Origin: Solirubrobacteraceae bacterium
Lineage (GTDB): Bacteria; Actinomycetota; Thermoleophilia; Solirubrobacterales; Solirubrobacteraceae
Direction of reading: 5' to 3'
NCBI GenBank assembly: GCA_036264095.1
Contig: DATARO010000080.1
Location: forward strand, 14,853 to 78,852
DNA length: 64,000 bases
Part shown: in pieces, positions 26,919 to 37,375 of the stretch
How the letters are laid out: each line of letters starts with the position of its first letter
Numbering within the stretch: position 1 is the first letter of the stretch
Translations under genes and position numbers: made by a program
The notes under the pieces: generated by a model
What the model saw: the letters and a program-made list of their open reading frames with translations, nothing else
What the model was told of the DNA's origin: nothing
The model's database searches: none

Positions 26919-27866
26919 ATGGCGGCAGCGACCGCACGCATAGGTCACCAGGAGCGCGCCAGCGTCGTCGAGCATCTCGACGAGCTGCGCGCGCGTCTGA
27001 TCGTCTCGCTCGTCGCAGTCGCGATCGCGTTCGGGTTCTGCATGTGGCAGAACCACGCGCTGCTGAAGCTGGTCAACGCTCCGCTGGCGCAGCAGACGCG
27101 CAAGCAGGTCGAGCGGGGCCACGGGACCCTCGGCGCCACGTTCACGGTGCAGCAGGGCACTCGTTCTGTTGCGGTGCAGCTCCGCACCGTCGTCGCCGCG
27201 CTCGAGCGTCCCGGCAGCGGCGCGAGCCCCGCTGTGCGAGCCGCGCTCGCCGGCGTCGCCCCGGCGCTCGACCGCGACGTGACGCGCCTGGCGGCGGCGC
27301 CGGAAGGGGACAAGCCGGTCACGCTCGGAATCGGCGAGCCGTTCACGACGACGATCGGGATCGCATTCCTCTTCGCCCTGGTCCTCTCCCTGCCGGTCGT
27401 CCTGTACGAGCTCTACGCCTTTCTGATCCCGGCGTTCGCGCCCGAGCAGCAGCGAATCGCGCGACCGCTGCTCGCTGCGATCCCGTTCCTGTTCGCGACT
27501 GGGGTCGTGTTCGGGTACTTCGTGGTGCTGCCCGCTGCGGTGCGCTTCTTCCAGAACTTCAACAGCGACCAGTTCAACGTGCTCGTCCAGGCGAGCCAGT
27601 ACTACCACTTCGCCGCGGTCACGCTGCTGGCGATGGGGCTCGTCTTCCAGGTGCCCGTGGCGATCCTCGCGGCGACCCGCTCGGGCGTCGTCACCCCGCA
27701 ACAGCTCGGCCGCAACCGCCGCTACGCCCTGCTCGGGTGCGCCGGTGTCGCGGCGCTGCTGCCGGGCGATGCGATCACGCTGCTGCTGGAGACGGCGCCG
27801 CTCTACCTCCTGTTCGAGGCGAGCGTGCTGCTTGCACGCATCTTCGCGCGGCGCGAAGCCGCATGA
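26919..27866 (+). CDS. tatC: Twin-arginine translocase TatC (with loop insertion)
   Basis: VEHLDELRARL, EPF, YELYAFLIPA, FQVP. Confidence 0.92.
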   Translation: MAAATARIGHQERASVVEHLDELRARLIVSLVAVAIAFGFCMWQNHALLKLVNAPLAQQTRKQVERGHGTLGATFTVQQGTRSVAVQLRTVVAALERPGSGASPAVRAALAGVAPALDRDVTRLAAAPEGDKPVTLGIGEPFTTTIGIAFLFALVLSLPVVLYELYAFLIPAFAPEQQRIARPLLAAIPFLFATGVVFGYFVVLPAAVRFFQNFNSDQFNVLVQASQYYHFAAVTLLAMGLVFQVPVAILAATRSGVVTPQQLGRNRRYALLGCAGVAALLPGDAITLLLETAPLYLLFEASVLLARIFARREAA

Positions 27867-27893
27867 TCCACGCGCCGGCCGGCGCCGTAGAAG
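27864..27893 (+). promoter_or_regulatory. ECF autoregulatory promoter of the sigma gene
   Basis: TGATCC-N16-CGTAGAAG, 8 nt from CGTA to GTG 27898. Confidence 0.7.
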
Positions 27894-27897
27894 GGTC

Positions 27898-28509
27898 GTG
27901 AGACGGGGCAGGCGATCGCATTCCGAACCACCCGAGCGGCTCGACCGGCTCGCGGACGAGGAGCTCATGCCGCTCGTCGCGGGTGCCGACGCGAGCGCCT
28001 TCGCAGTCGTGCTCGAGCGGCACGGCGACGCGGCCTTCTCACTCGCGTACCGCATGTGCGGGACGCGCGCGCTCGCCGAGGACGTGACCCAGGAGGCGTT
28101 CCTGACCGCCTGGCGCAAGGCTGGCCGCTACGAGGCTGCGCGCGGGAGCCTGCGCACCTGGATCCTTACGATCGTGCACAACCGCGCCGTCGACATGCTG
28201 CGGGGCAGTGCGCGCCACACCTCGAAGCTCGCCGGCTCCGAGGACGGCAGCGAGTACCTCGAGGTCGCCTCGCCGGAGCGCACCGACGCCGAGGCGATCG
28301 GGAACGTCGCGGCGGACGCGGTCCGCGACGGCTTGGACATGCTCCCGGAGACACAGCGCCAGACGATCGAACTCGCCTACTACGGAGGCTTCACGCAGAG
28401 CGAGATCGCCGCGATGCTCGAGCAGCCGCTCGGCACGATCAAGGGGCGCATGCGGATCGGCCTGCACAAGCTGCGCGACCACTGCCAGGGCTGGGAGGCG
28501 GCGGCGTGA
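27898..28509 (+). CDS. ECF sigma factor, SigK-like
   Basis: LAEDVTQEAFLTAWRKA...WILTIVHNRAVD; LAYYGGFTQSEIA...PLGTIKGRMRIGL. Confidence 0.92.
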   Translation: MRRGRRSHSEPPERLDRLADEELMPLVAGADASAFAVVLERHGDAAFSLAYRMCGTRALAEDVTQEAFLTAWRKAGRYEAARGSLRTWILTIVHNRAVDMLRGSARHTSKLAGSEDGSEYLEVASPERTDAEAIGNVAADAVRDGLDMLPETQRQTIELAYYGGFTQSEIAAMLEQPLGTIKGRMRIGLHKLRDHCQGWEAAA

Positions 28510-29207
28510 GCCTTCCCCTGTCCAGCCGCTGCCCGCGCATCGAGGATGCGGCCGCCTACGTTCTCGGCGCGCTCGACGACCCCGACGCGTTCCGCGAGCA
28601 CGCGCGGACGTGCGCGACGTGCGGCGAGGAGATCGTGCGGCTGGCTTCGCTGCCCGCGGCGCTGGCGGCGGCGCCTTTGTCCGTGCGCGCGCCGCAGGCC
28701 ATGCGGCAGCGGATCCTCGACCGAGTGACCGCGGAGGCCGAAGTGCTGAACGCCTCGGGGCCGCAGGCCGACCGGCCCCCCCGCGCGCGCGTTCCGCTCG
28801 CGCGGCGCTGGAGGTTCTCCGGCGCGGCGGCCGCGCTCGCGCTGGCGGCCGGACTCGTGATCGCCCTCGCGGGGGGCGGCGGCTCTCCCCGCACGACCTA
28901 CGCGACGGCCTCGGGAGCCGCCACCGGTGCGCGCGCGATGCTGCGGCAGTACGGCGGCCGCGCCGAACTCTCGGTCAGCCACATGCCCCAGGCGCCGTTG
29001 GGCAAGGTCTACGAGGTGTGGCTCAAACGACCGGGCGGCGCCCCGCAGCCCACGGATGCCCTGTTCAGCGTCACCAATGACGGCCGCGGCACCGTGAACG
29101 TCCCGAGCGGCCTGCGGCACGTCGCCGAAGTGATGGTGACGAGCGAGCCGATCGGCGGCAGCGAGCATCCGACGAGCGCGCCGCTGCTCACGTTTCGCCT
29201 GACCTGA
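28506..29207 (+). CDS. Anti-sigma factor, RskA-like, with zinc-binding HxxxCxxC
   Basis: HARTCATC, TM helix, GKVYEVWL, VTSEPIGGSEHPT. Confidence 0.88.
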   Translation: MSLPLSSRCPRIEDAAAYVLGALDDPDAFREHARTCATCGEEIVRLASLPAALAAAPLSVRAPQAMRQRILDRVTAEAEVLNASGPQADRPPRARVPLARRWRFSGAAAALALAAGLVIALAGGGGSPRTTYATASGAATGARAMLRQYGGRAELSVSHMPQAPLGKVYEVWLKRPGGAPQPTDALFSVTNDGRGTVNVPSGLRHVAEVMVTSEPIGGSEHPTSAPLLTFRLT

Positions 29208-29292
29208 CCAGCCTCGCGACGCGGCGAGCCGGCCGGTTGATCGCGAGATTGCAACGCTTGACACAAAGATCGGCTCCTCTGACCATGCGGTC

Positions 29293-29862
29293 ATGGGGGA
29301 GACGCGATCGATGGACGTGCAGACGGAGCTGTCGCTGCTCGAGGCCTCGATGGCCGGTGGGGAGGTCACGTGGGTGCCGGTCCAGCGGACACTCGCGACC
29401 GTCCTCTTCACGGACATCGTCGACTCCACCCGGCACGCCGTCTCGCTCGGCGACACCGCGTGGCGGGAGGTCCTCGACCGCCACGACACGATCTCCAGGG
29501 GGGCGGTGGCGCACTGGGGAGGGCGCGTCATCAAGGGGACCGGCGACGGGATGCTGGCCCGGTTCGACGCGCCCGTGGGCGCGCTGCGCTGCGCGAAGGC
29601 TCTGAGGGTGGCTCTCGAGCACGCAGGAATCGAGATCCGGGCCGGCATCCATACCGGCGAAGTGGAGCTGCGCGGCGACGACATCGCCGGGATCGGCGTC
29701 CACATCGCTGCCCGCATCACCGCGCTCGCATCCGCCGGCGAGCTGCTCGCCTCGCGCACCGTCAAGGACCTCGTCGCAGGCTCCGAGCACCGCTTCACCA
29801 GCCGCGGGATCCACGGTCTCCGTGGCGTACCGGAGCGCTGGGAGCTCCACGCCGTCAGCTGA
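29293..29862 (+). CDS. Class III adenylate/guanylate cyclase, catalytic domain only (LipJ-like)
   Basis: TVLFTDIVDST, IKGTGDG, RAGIHTGE, DIAGIGVHIAAR; TTGACA-N17-GACCAT upstream. Confidence 0.88.
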   Translation: MGETRSMDVQTELSLLEASMAGGEVTWVPVQRTLATVLFTDIVDSTRHAVSLGDTAWREVLDRHDTISRGAVAHWGGRVIKGTGDGMLARFDAPVGALRCAKALRVALEHAGIEIRAGIHTGEVELRGDDIAGIGVHIAARITALASAGELLASRTVKDLVAGSEHRFTSRGIHGLRGVPERWELHAVS

Positions 29863-29967
29863 GCGCCACGGCGCTCAGGCACCTCCCAGCATCGTCCCAC
29901 GGGCGGCACGGGCAGCGGCGCGACCCTGGTTCCGTGGTTCCAGGTTCCGATCCGAAGGAGGTCCCAG

Positions 29968-30027
29968 ATGCACAGCCTGATCGCTGCGATCACGCGGGCG
30001 CTCGGCCGGCTCGCGTGGGTCGGCTAG
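29968..30027 (+). CDS. Putative 19-aa small peptide MHSLIAAITRALGRLAWVG
   Basis: Perfect SD AAGGAGGT 5 nt before ATG; stand-alone intergenic position. Confidence 0.55.
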   Translation: MHSLIAAITRALGRLAWVG

Positions 30028-30251
30028 CCCGTGGCGGCCGGCGGGAGGACCGCGTCTGCTCGCCGGCCGTCCGCGCTTTGGCCGCCGACCGCGCGCTGGG
30101 TCGCGCCGCGGCTCAGCGGCCTGCGCACCGCCGCGGCATCTGCCCGCGCAGCCCGTTCGAAGCGCCCCCCGCGGGCTGACTGCCGAAGCAGATCACGGTG
30201 GGCGCGCTGCGAGCTCTGCACGCCCGGCCGCTTCCGGGTAGCGTGACGCGT

Positions 30252-31721
30252 GTGGAGAGTGTCGTCGTCCGAACGGCCGCGGGTGCGGTGCGCGGGGTGC
30301 GGCGCGAGACGGGGGTGCTGTTCGGAGGCATCCCCTACGCCGCGCCACCGGTCGGCGATCTGCGCTTCATGGCGCCCCAGCCGGCTGCACCCTGGGCCGG
30401 AACGCTCGACGCCACCGCGCAAGGGCCGCCGTTGCCCCAGCCCGTGCGCGTGCTCCCGGGCCTGCGCAGCGACACGCTGCTCGGCGGTTGGGACGGACAG
30501 GCCCCGGCGCTCACGCTGAACGTCTGGACGCCCGCGCCGGGGGCGAGCGGGCTGCCCGTGCTCGTGTGGCTCCACGGCGGCGCGTTCGTGGCCGGATCGC
30601 CGGCGCAGGCCGTCTACGACGGCTCGGCGTGGATGCGCGACGGGGTCGTGCTCGTGACGGTCGGCTACAGGCTCGGGGTCGAAGGGTTCGTGCACTTCGC
30701 CGGCGGCGATTCGAACGTCGGCCTGCGCGACCAGCTGGCCGCGCTCGAATGGGTGCAGAGCGAGATCGGCGCCTTCGGCGGCGACCCGTCGCGCGTGTGC
30801 GTCGGGGGCCAGTCCGCCGGCGCCATGTCGATCGGCTGGCTGCTGGGATCGGAGCGCTCGCGCGGGCTGTTCGCGCGCGCCATCAGCATGAGCGGCGGTC
30901 TCGACCTCACGCTCTCGGGCGAGCAGGCCGACCGCGTCGCCGCCCATGTCGCGCGGACGCTGTCGGTGGAGGCGACGGCTGAGTCGATGCGCGCCCTGCC
31001 AGTGTCGCGCGTCGTCGAGGCGCAGGGCGCGATCACGCCCGACCAGCTCGACCTCGACACCGCCGCGGATCGCGATCCCGGCGGCGGCCTGCTGTGGGTG
31101 ATGCCGGTGCGCGACGGCGAGATCGTCGCCGAGGACCCCGTGGGGGCGATCGGCACGGTCCCGGACGTCGATCTGCTCGCAGGCTGCACGAGCGAGGAGG
31201 GGCTGCTGTACCTCGCGGGCGTGCCCGGCTTCGATGCGATGCCGCTCGAGGCCGCCGAGGCGTTCGCCGGCCGTCTCACGCCCGACGCGGCGGCGATGCT
31301 CGCCGCGTTCCGCGCCGAGCAGCCGGATGCGAGCCCGGGGGAGCTGGCGGCGCGGGCGATCACCGAGGTGGCGTTCCGCGCGCCCACCGAGCGGCTCCTG
31401 CGTCGCCACGCCGAGCTCGGCTCGGGAGCCACCCACGCCTACCGCTTCAGCTGGCGCTCGGGGGCGCTGGGCGGCAGGCTCGGCGCGGCACACGCGGTCG
31501 ACCTGCCGTTTTCCTTCGACACGCTGGACACGCCCGGCGCCTCGGGTACCGACGACGCGCTGCTCGGCACCGAAGGCGGCCCGCAGGAGCTCGCGACGCG
31601 CATGCACGCGGCGTGGGTGCGCTACGTGGAGGACGGCGATCCCGGCTGGGCGCCCTATGAGCACGTGCAGCTCTTCGGGGGCGCCTCCACCCGCCTCGGG
31701 GAGGCCTCGGCGGTCGTCTAG
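30252..31721 (+). CDS. Type-B carboxylesterase
   Basis: GIPYAAPP, WLHGG, GQSAG, HAVDLPF; -10 TAGCGT 7 nt before GTG. Confidence 0.92.
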   Translation: MESVVVRTAAGAVRGVRRETGVLFGGIPYAAPPVGDLRFMAPQPAAPWAGTLDATAQGPPLPQPVRVLPGLRSDTLLGGWDGQAPALTLNVWTPAPGASGLPVLVWLHGGAFVAGSPAQAVYDGSAWMRDGVVLVTVGYRLGVEGFVHFAGGDSNVGLRDQLAALEWVQSEIGAFGGDPSRVCVGGQSAGAMSIGWLLGSERSRGLFARAISMSGGLDLTLSGEQADRVAAHVARTLSVEATAESMRALPVSRVVEAQGAITPDQLDLDTAADRDPGGGLLWVMPVRDGEIVAEDPVGAIGTVPDVDLLAGCTSEEGLLYLAGVPGFDAMPLEAAEAFAGRLTPDAAAMLAAFRAEQPDASPGELAARAITEVAFRAPTERLLRRHAELGSGATHAYRFSWRSGALGGRLGAAHAVDLPFSFDTLDTPGASGTDDALLGTEGGPQELATRMHAAWVRYVEDGDPGWAPYEHVQLFGGASTRLGEASAVV

Positions 31722-31727
31722 GCCGGG

Positions 31728-32012
31728 TCAGGCGGCCGTCTGCTCGCCGATCCAGCGCATGATGGCGCGCGAAGGCGCGAGCGTCGTGCCGTCGGGGAGC
31801 TTCAGCGTCGGCAGGCGCTCCTCGCCGGTCGCGGCACGCAGCTCCTCGCGCGAGCCTTTGCGCAGGAACGGGATCGGGCTTCCGTGGGCCGCGACCACCT
31901 TCTCGTACTCGATGCCCTTCGCCTTCAGCGCTTCCTGAACGCGGCGGCACGGGTGCATGCGCGGACCGCCTTCGTCGCCATGGCACACATAGAGCGTCGG
32001 CTTCTCACCCAT
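31728..32012 (-). CDS. GST N-terminal/glutaredoxin-like small protein
   Basis: HPCRRVQEALKAKGIEYE...LPTL...SRAIMRW; SD GGAGGAG. Confidence 0.7.
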   Translation of the reverse strand: MGEKPTLYVCHGDEGGPRMHPCRRVQEALKAKGIEYEKVVAAHGSPIPFLRKGSREELRAATGEERLPTLKLPDGTTLAPSRAIMRWIGEQTAA

Positions 32013-32085
32013 GGTCTCCTCCCGGGGTCGATCTGCAACGGAGCCTAGATGATCGCTCCCGCGACCACCCCCGCCGTGCAGCCGG

Positions 32086-32102
32086 TTTCAGCTTGCATTC
32101 AG
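32086..32102 (+). promoter_or_regulatory. OmpR/MprA-type direct-repeat box
   Basis: TTTCAG-N5-ATTCAG upstream of the response regulator. Confidence 0.55.
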
Positions 32103-32124
32103 GTTCGCGCGGGAGCATCCAAAC

Positions 32125-32805
32125 ATGCGCTTGCTGGTCGTCGACGACGACCCGGCCGTACGGGATGCGCTCGCGCTCGTGCTGGGCCTGGACGGCTTCG
32201 AGGTATCGCTCGCCGCCGACGGCCGCGAGGCGATCCGCGCGCTCGACAGCCAGCGCCCGGACGCGATCGTGCTCGACGTGCTGATGCCGGACCTGGACGG
32301 CCTCGAGGTGTGCCGGCGCATCCGGGCCACGGGAGATCGCATTCCGGTGTTGATGCTCACGGCGCGCGCCGAGGTGCGCGACCGGGTCGCGGGCCTCGAG
32401 GTGGGCGCCGACGACTATCTCGTGAAGCCCTTCGCCCGCGAGGAGCTGGTCGCGCGGCTCCGCGCGCTCCTCCGCCGCACGGGGTGGCAGGGCGACGAGC
32501 CGGCGCTGCGCTTCGAAGATCTCGAGCTCGACCCGCTCGCGCACGAGGCGCGGCGCGGCGACCGCCTGCTCGACCTCACCCGCACCGAGTTCCTGCTGCT
32601 GGAACTGCTGATGTCGCACCCGCGCCAGGTGCTCCCACGCTCGACGATCTTCGACCGGGTATGGGGCTACGACTTCGGTCCCTCCTCGAACTCGCTCGAG
32701 GTCTACATCGGCTACCTGCGCCGCAAGACCGAGGCCGGCGGCGAGCCGCGTCTGCTCCACACCGTTCGCGGCGTCGGCTACGTGCTCAGATCGGTGCGGC
32801 GATGA
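32125..32805 (+). CDS. OmpR-family response regulator (MprA-like)
   Basis: [40 protein letters not shown]. Confidence 0.95.
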   Translation: MRLLVVDDDPAVRDALALVLGLDGFEVSLAADGREAIRALDSQRPDAIVLDVLMPDLDGLEVCRRIRATGDRIPVLMLTARAEVRDRVAGLEVGADDYLVKPFAREELVARLRALLRRTGWQGDEPALRFEDLELDPLAHEARRGDRLLDLTRTEFLLLELLMSHPRQVLPRSTIFDRVWGYDFGPSSNSLEVYIGYLRRKTEAGGEPRLLHTVRGVGYVLRSVRR

Positions 32806-34475
32806 GCTTCCGCCGGCGCGTCGTGCTGCTGGCGGCGGGCGCGGTCGCGACGGCGGTCGTGATCGCCTCGGCTGTCGTCTACGTCGTCACGAGCCACGAG
32901 CTGAGCGGGCAGCTCGACGCGAGCCTGACGCAGAAAATCACACCGGGCGGAGCCCAGGCGGTGAAGATCCAGCGCGTCGTCCGCGCCGGGCGCGTCGGCT
33001 CCGGGAGCGCCGCCGGCGAAGGGAACGTGAAGTTCGAATTGACAGACGCCGACGGACGCGTGATCGAGCGCGGGACGGCCAGCAGGAAGCTCGTCGAAGC
33101 CGGCGTGGTGCCGAAGGCGCCGTCCTCGACGGGCAAGGCGCGATCGAGCGCGCCGCTTCCGCTCGGCGGGACATCCTCGGGAGTGCTGTCCGGCTCGGTG
33201 AGGCGGCTTGCGCCCACGTCCGCGACACCATCCGGGCCGGGGGTGCCGTCCGCCGGCGCGCGCGTGCTGGTGCCGGACAAAGGCCTCGGGCAGGTCGCCG
33301 GGTACGTGCAGCTGTTCGTGCCGGGCAGATCGGTGCTTCGCTCCGAAGACATCGGGCCGGGGCTTCCCGTCAACGCCGCCACGCGCGCCGTGGCCGAAGG
33401 CCGCCGCGGGCCGTTCTTCAGCAACGCCACGATCGCGGGTACGAAGGTCCGCACGCTGACCTCGCGGGCCGCGTTCGGCGGGGTGTGGCAGGTCGCGCTG
33501 CCGCTCACCGACGTCAACGGCACGCTGGCGCATCTGCGGCTCGTGCTCGCGATCGTCAGCCTCGGCGGTGTGCTGCTGGCCGCCGCCCTCGGCCTGCTGG
33601 TATCGCGCGCGGCTATGGTGCCGGTCCGCCGCCTGACGCGCGCGACCAGGCGCGTGGCCCGCACGAGCGACCTCGGTCACCGCATCCACGGGGGCGGGAG
33701 CGACGAGCTCGGCGAGCTCGCGGCGAGCTTCAACGAGATGCTCGCGGCGCTCGAGCGTTCGCGGCTCGCCCAGCGCGCGCTGATCTCCGACGCCTCGCAC
33801 GAGCTGCGCACGCCGCTGACAGCCGTGCGCGCGAATCTCGACGCGCTCGCGAGCGGGCGCCTGGACGACGCCGACCGGTCGCGCGCGGTCGAATCGGCCC
33901 GCGACCAGCTCGCGGAGCTGACCGTGCTGGTCGGCGACCTCGTCGACCTCTCGAAGACCGGCCTCGACGCGGAGGAGGTGGAGGACGTGCGCCTGGACCT
34001 GGCCGTCGCGGCGACCGTCGAGCGGGTGCGGATGCTCGCCGGCCGCTCGCCCGACGGCGCGGCCGACCGCGTGATCGCGCTGGACGCCGATCCCTGTCTC
34101 GTGCGCGGCGCGCCCGCGCAGCTCGACCGAGCGGTCGCGAACCTGCTCGACAACGCGTGCAAATGGAGCCCGCCGGGAGAGCCGATCGAGGTCAGCGTGC
34201 GGCACGGGTGCGTGCGCGTGCGCGACCACGGACCCGGCTTCACCCCTGAGGACCTGCCGCACGTCTTCGACCGCTTCTACCGCGCCCGCGCCGCTCGCGC
34301 GCTCCCGGGCTCGGGACTCGGGCTCGCGATCGTACGCCAGTTCGCCGAGCTGCACGGCGGCTCGGCCACGGCCGAGAACCATCCGGGCGGCGGCGCGGAG
34401 TTGACGCTGCAGCTTCCGCCGAGCCCGCCCGCGGAGCCCGATCGGCCGTCCTCCGCGACCGCCGTCGCGGCGTAG
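32802..34475 (+). CDS. HAMP sensor histidine kinase (MprB-like)
   Basis: [32 protein letters not shown]. Confidence 0.95.
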   Translation: MSFRRRVVLLAAGAVATAVVIASAVVYVVTSHELSGQLDASLTQKITPGGAQAVKIQRVVRAGRVGSGSAAGEGNVKFELTDADGRVIERGTASRKLVEAGVVPKAPSSTGKARSSAPLPLGGTSSGVLSGSVRRLAPTSATPSGPGVPSAGARVLVPDKGLGQVAGYVQLFVPGRSVLRSEDIGPGLPVNAATRAVAEGRRGPFFSNATIAGTKVRTLTSRAAFGGVWQVALPLTDVNGTLAHLRLVLAIVSLGGVLLAAALGLLVSRAAMVPVRRLTRATRRVARTSDLGHRIHGGGSDELGELAASFNEMLAALERSRLAQRALISDASHELRTPLTAVRANLDALASGRLDDADRSRAVESARDQLAELTVLVGDLVDLSKTGLDAEEVEDVRLDLAVAATVERVRMLAGRSPDGAADRVIALDADPCLVRGAPAQLDRAVANLLDNACKWSPPGEPIEVSVRHGCVRVRDHGPGFTPEDLPHVFDRFYRARAARALPGSGLGLAIVRQFAELHGGSATAENHPGGGAELTLQLPPSPPAEPDRPSSATAVAA

Positions 34476-34507
34476 CGCGGACGCCGTTCACCAACCTCCT
34501 CGCCGCC

Positions 34508-34524
34508 TCTCAGCGTTCGTTCAG
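34508..34524 (+). promoter_or_regulatory. Second direct-repeat box
   Basis: TCTCAG-N5-GTTCAG upstream of the lipoprotein-exporter operon. Confidence 0.55.
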
Positions 34525-34555
34525 GCGCCGCCCGCTTGATCTGTGCTGGAAACGA

Positions 34556-35197
34556 ATGCGAAGGAGCCCCGTGCAGAGCGTCCGATCAACCGCCCCCCGC
34601 CGCAGCCTCTCGCGCACCCGCGCCGCTGCGTTGCCCATCTTCGCGGCGCTGGCCGCGCTGCTCGCGTGCGCGCTGCTGAGCGCGTGCGGCGGGTCCTCCA
34701 AGGACCCGACTGCATCGAGTGAACAGCAGGACGAAACCAGGCTCGCGAACTTCGCGAAATGCCTGCGCGAACACGGCGTCGACGCCGAAGCCGGCTCGGG
34801 TCCGTTCGGCGGGCGCGGCGTGAAGGTCAGCCCCGGCAAGGCGGGCGCCAGCCCGGCGGCGATGGAAGCCGCCCAGAAGGCGTGCGCGCGCTACCGGCCC
34901 ACGTTCAAGCGGGTGAACCTCTCCCCGCAGCAGAAGGTCGAAAGCGAAGAAGCCGTGCGGAAGTTCGCGACGTGCATGCGCGCGCACGGGATCAAGCTCG
35001 AAGCGTCGAGCTCGGGCGGCGGCGCGGAGATCAGGATCCACTCCCCCGGGGCAGGGGGGCCCAACCCGCAGAGTCCCGGGTTCCAGGCCGCGCAGAACGC
35101 CTGCCAGAAGCTGCTCCCGTCCAAGGGCGGCCCCGGGCCCGGCGGCGCCACCGCGGACGGACAGGGCTCCGGGGCGGCCCTGGCGCCCGGTGGCTGA
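34556..35197 (+). CDS. Lipoprotein with two Cys-paired repeats
   Basis: Lipobox LSAC; FAKCLREHGV...AQKAC and FATCMRAHGI...AQNAC. Confidence 0.82.
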   Translation: MRRSPVQSVRSTAPRRSLSRTRAAALPIFAALAALLACALLSACGGSSKDPTASSEQQDETRLANFAKCLREHGVDAEAGSGPFGGRGVKVSPGKAGASPAAMEAAQKACARYRPTFKRVNLSPQQKVESEEAVRKFATCMRAHGIKLEASSSGGGAEIRIHSPGAGGPNPQSPGFQAAQNACQKLLPSKGGPGPGGATADGQGSGAALAPGG

Positions 35198-36692
35198 GGG
35201 TCTCGTCGTGGATGCGCTCGATGCAGTCGAGGCCGAAGCCCACGTCCCCGCCGCGGGCGCCGCGGTGCAGCCGAGGCGCGCGCGGCGCAGGCTCGCCGCC
35301 GCGGGCGCGGTGCTCGTCGCCGCGATCGCCGCGATCGCGATCGTGCTGCTCTCCTCCGGATCCGCCAGCCCGCGCAGCGCCGGCACGGGAGTCCCCGCGG
35401 GAGACACCACCTCCGAGGTCGCGCGGCGGACGCTCAGCGAAGGCTCCACGATCGACGGGACGCTCGGCTACGGCAGCACGCTCGAACTCTACGACCGGCT
35501 CGGCGGCACGTTCACGTGGCTCCCGTCGGTGGGGGCGATCATCTCGCGGGGAGGAGCGCTGTTCCGGATCGACAACGAGCCGGTGGTCCTCATGTACGGC
35601 TCCGTCCCCGCATACCGCGAGCTGAAGCAGGGCGTCAGCGACGGGCCCGACGTTAGCGAGCTGAACGCCAACCTGATCGCGCTCGGCGACGACCCGTACG
35701 GCGCGATCGGCGAACGCGACCGCTTCGGCGAGGCCACGGCGGCGGCGGTCGAGCGCTGGCAGAAGGCGGAGGGCCTCCCAGAGACCGGCTCGATCGAACT
35801 CGGTCGCGTGATCTTCGCCCCCAGCGCGCGCCGCGTGACGGCGGTGAAGGTCTCGCTCGGCCAGGACCCGCCGGGAGCCTCGGCACCGTCCCCCGCCTCC
35901 ACGACCCCCGCGTCCACGACCCCGGCGTCCACGACCCCGGCGTCCACGACCCCCGCGTCCACCACTCCGGCGCCGGCGCCGGCCGCGACGGCTCCTGCCA
36001 AATCGCATGGTCACGCACCTTCGAGACCCCAAAAAAAATCCAATAAAAAATCCAAACCCGCGAAACACCCGTCGAGCGGAGCGGGCAACCCGTCGAACGG
36101 CGCCGGCAAAACCCCGGCGTCGTCGAAATCGAGCGAAGGCGCCAACAAAGAACAGTCGGGCAAAGGCAACGAAGGCGGCGCCGGCGCGGGCGAGCTGGCG
36201 CTCAGCACCACCACGACGCAGCAGATCGTCCAGCTGAAGGTCAAGGCCGAACAGCAGCAGCTGGCTCACGTGGGCGAGGTCGCGCCGGTGCTGCTCCCCG
36301 GCGGGGCGACCGTTTCCGGGCGGATCACGTCCGTCGGCACGGTCGCCTCCGCGTCGAGCAGCGAAAGCGAACACGGCGCCGGCGGATCGAACGGCGGCGG
36401 CTCCGAAGCCGGCGAATCGACGATCTCGGTCACGCTCGCCCTGGAGCACCGCGTCGCGCGGCTCGACGAGGCTCCCGTGAGCGTCGAACTCGTCAAGAGC
36501 GTGCAGCACGACGCGCTGACCGTGCCTGCCACGGCGCTCGTCGCCACCGCGGGAGGGGGCTATGCGATCGAGGTGCTCGAAGGGGCGAGGCGGGTGCCGC
36601 TGCCCGTCACGCCCGGGATGTTCGCCCAGGGCTACGTGGAGATCGAAGGAGCGGGCGTACGCTCGGGGCTGACGGTGCTCGTGCCGCGGTGA
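35190..36692 (+). CDS. Efflux periplasmic-adaptor-like protein with peptidoglycan-binding domain
   Basis: [11 protein letters not shown]...TAAAVERWQ (PG-binding); LTVPATAL; GYVEI. Confidence 0.82.
   Translation: MAEGLVVDALDAVEAEAHVPAAGAAVQPRRARRRLAAAGAVLVAAIAAIAIVLLSSGSASPRSAGTGVPAGDTTSEVARRTLSEGSTIDGTLGYGSTLELYDRLGGTFTWLPSVGAIISRGGALFRIDNEPVVLMYGSVPAYRELKQGVSDGPDVSELNANLIALGDDPYGAIGERDRFGEATAAAVERWQKAEGLPETGSIELGRVIFAPSARRVTAVKVSLGQDPPGASAPSPASTTPASTTPASTTPASTTPASTTPAPAPAATAPAKSHGHAPSRPQKKSNKKSKPAKHPSSGAGNPSNGAGKTPASSKSSEGANKEQSGKGNEGGAGAGELALSTTTTQQIVQLKVKAEQQQLAHVGEVAPVLLPGGATVSGRITSVGTVASASSSESEHGAGGSNGGGSEAGESTISVTLALEHRVARLDEAPVSVELVKSVQHDALTVPATALVATAGGGYAIEVLEGARRVPLPVTPGMFAQGYVEIEGAGVRSGLTVLVPR
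35895..35969 (+). repeat. 5 x 15-bp in-frame tandem repeat (ASTTP)
   Basis: GC(C/G)TCCACGACCCC(C/G) units, the last degenerate. Confidence 0.9.
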
Positions 36693-37375
36693 TCGCGCCG
36701 CCGGTGCTCGAGCTCGAGGACGTCTCCAAGTCGTATCCGGGCGGGGTGCAGGCGCTGCGCGGCGTAGACCTCGTCGTGCGGGAGCGCGAGCTGTGCGCGA
36801 TCGTCGGCCCGTCCGGATCGGGCAAGTCCACGCTGCTGCACATCATGGGCACGCTCGAGCGCGCCACGTCGGGCACGGTGCGGATCGCGGGCGCGAGCGT
36901 GGCCGATGCGTCCGACCGCCGGCTCGCCGCGCTGCGGGCGCGGCGCATCGGATTCGTGTTCCAGCAGTTCCACCTGCTCGAGGCCGGCAGCGCGCTCGAG
37001 AACGTGGCCACCGGGCTCCTGTACGCCGGCGTCCCCGCCGGCGAGCGTCGTGCCGCCGCGTTCGCCGCGCTCGAGCGCGTCGGACTCGCCCATCGCGCCG
37101 GGCACAAGTCGGCGCTGCTGTCGGGCGGCGAGCGCCAGCGCGTGGCGATCGCGCGCGCGCTCGTGAGCCGACCCGCGCTTGTGCTCGCCGACGAGCCGAC
37201 GGGCAACCTCGACAGCGCGAAGGGGGCGCAGATCCTCGAGCTGCTGCGCTCGCTGAACGAGCACGGCACGACTGTCGTCGTGATCACGCACGACCGGGAG
37301 ATCGCGGCCTGCCTGCCTCGCCGCGTGGAGCTGCGCGATGGGATGCTCGAGACGGGGAACGGCGCGCCGGCATGA
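36689..37375 (+). CDS. ABC transporter ATP-binding protein (MacB/LolD-like)
   Basis: [25 protein letters not shown]. Confidence 0.95.
   Translation: MIAPPVLELEDVSKSYPGGVQALRGVDLVVRERELCAIVGPSGSGKSTLLHIMGTLERATSGTVRIAGASVADASDRRLAALRARRIGFVFQQFHLLEAGSALENVATGLLYAGVPAGERRAAAFAALERVGLAHRAGHKSALLSGGERQRVAIARALVSRPALVLADEPTGNLDSAKGAQILELLRSLNEHGTTVVVITHDREIAACLPRRVELRDGMLETGNGAPA

Noticed and set aside
27863-27901. 12-codon ORF MIHAPAGAVEGS bridging the tatC stop and the sigma start
   Set aside because: It coincides exactly with the TGATCC-N16-CGTA promoter, which explains the sequence; a transcript from that promoter would not include it.
30100-30200. Structured intergenic segment with a cUUCGg tetraloop on the minus strand
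   Set aside because: GC-rich DNA folds readily, and I could not match a riboswitch or ncRNA family or find a promoter.
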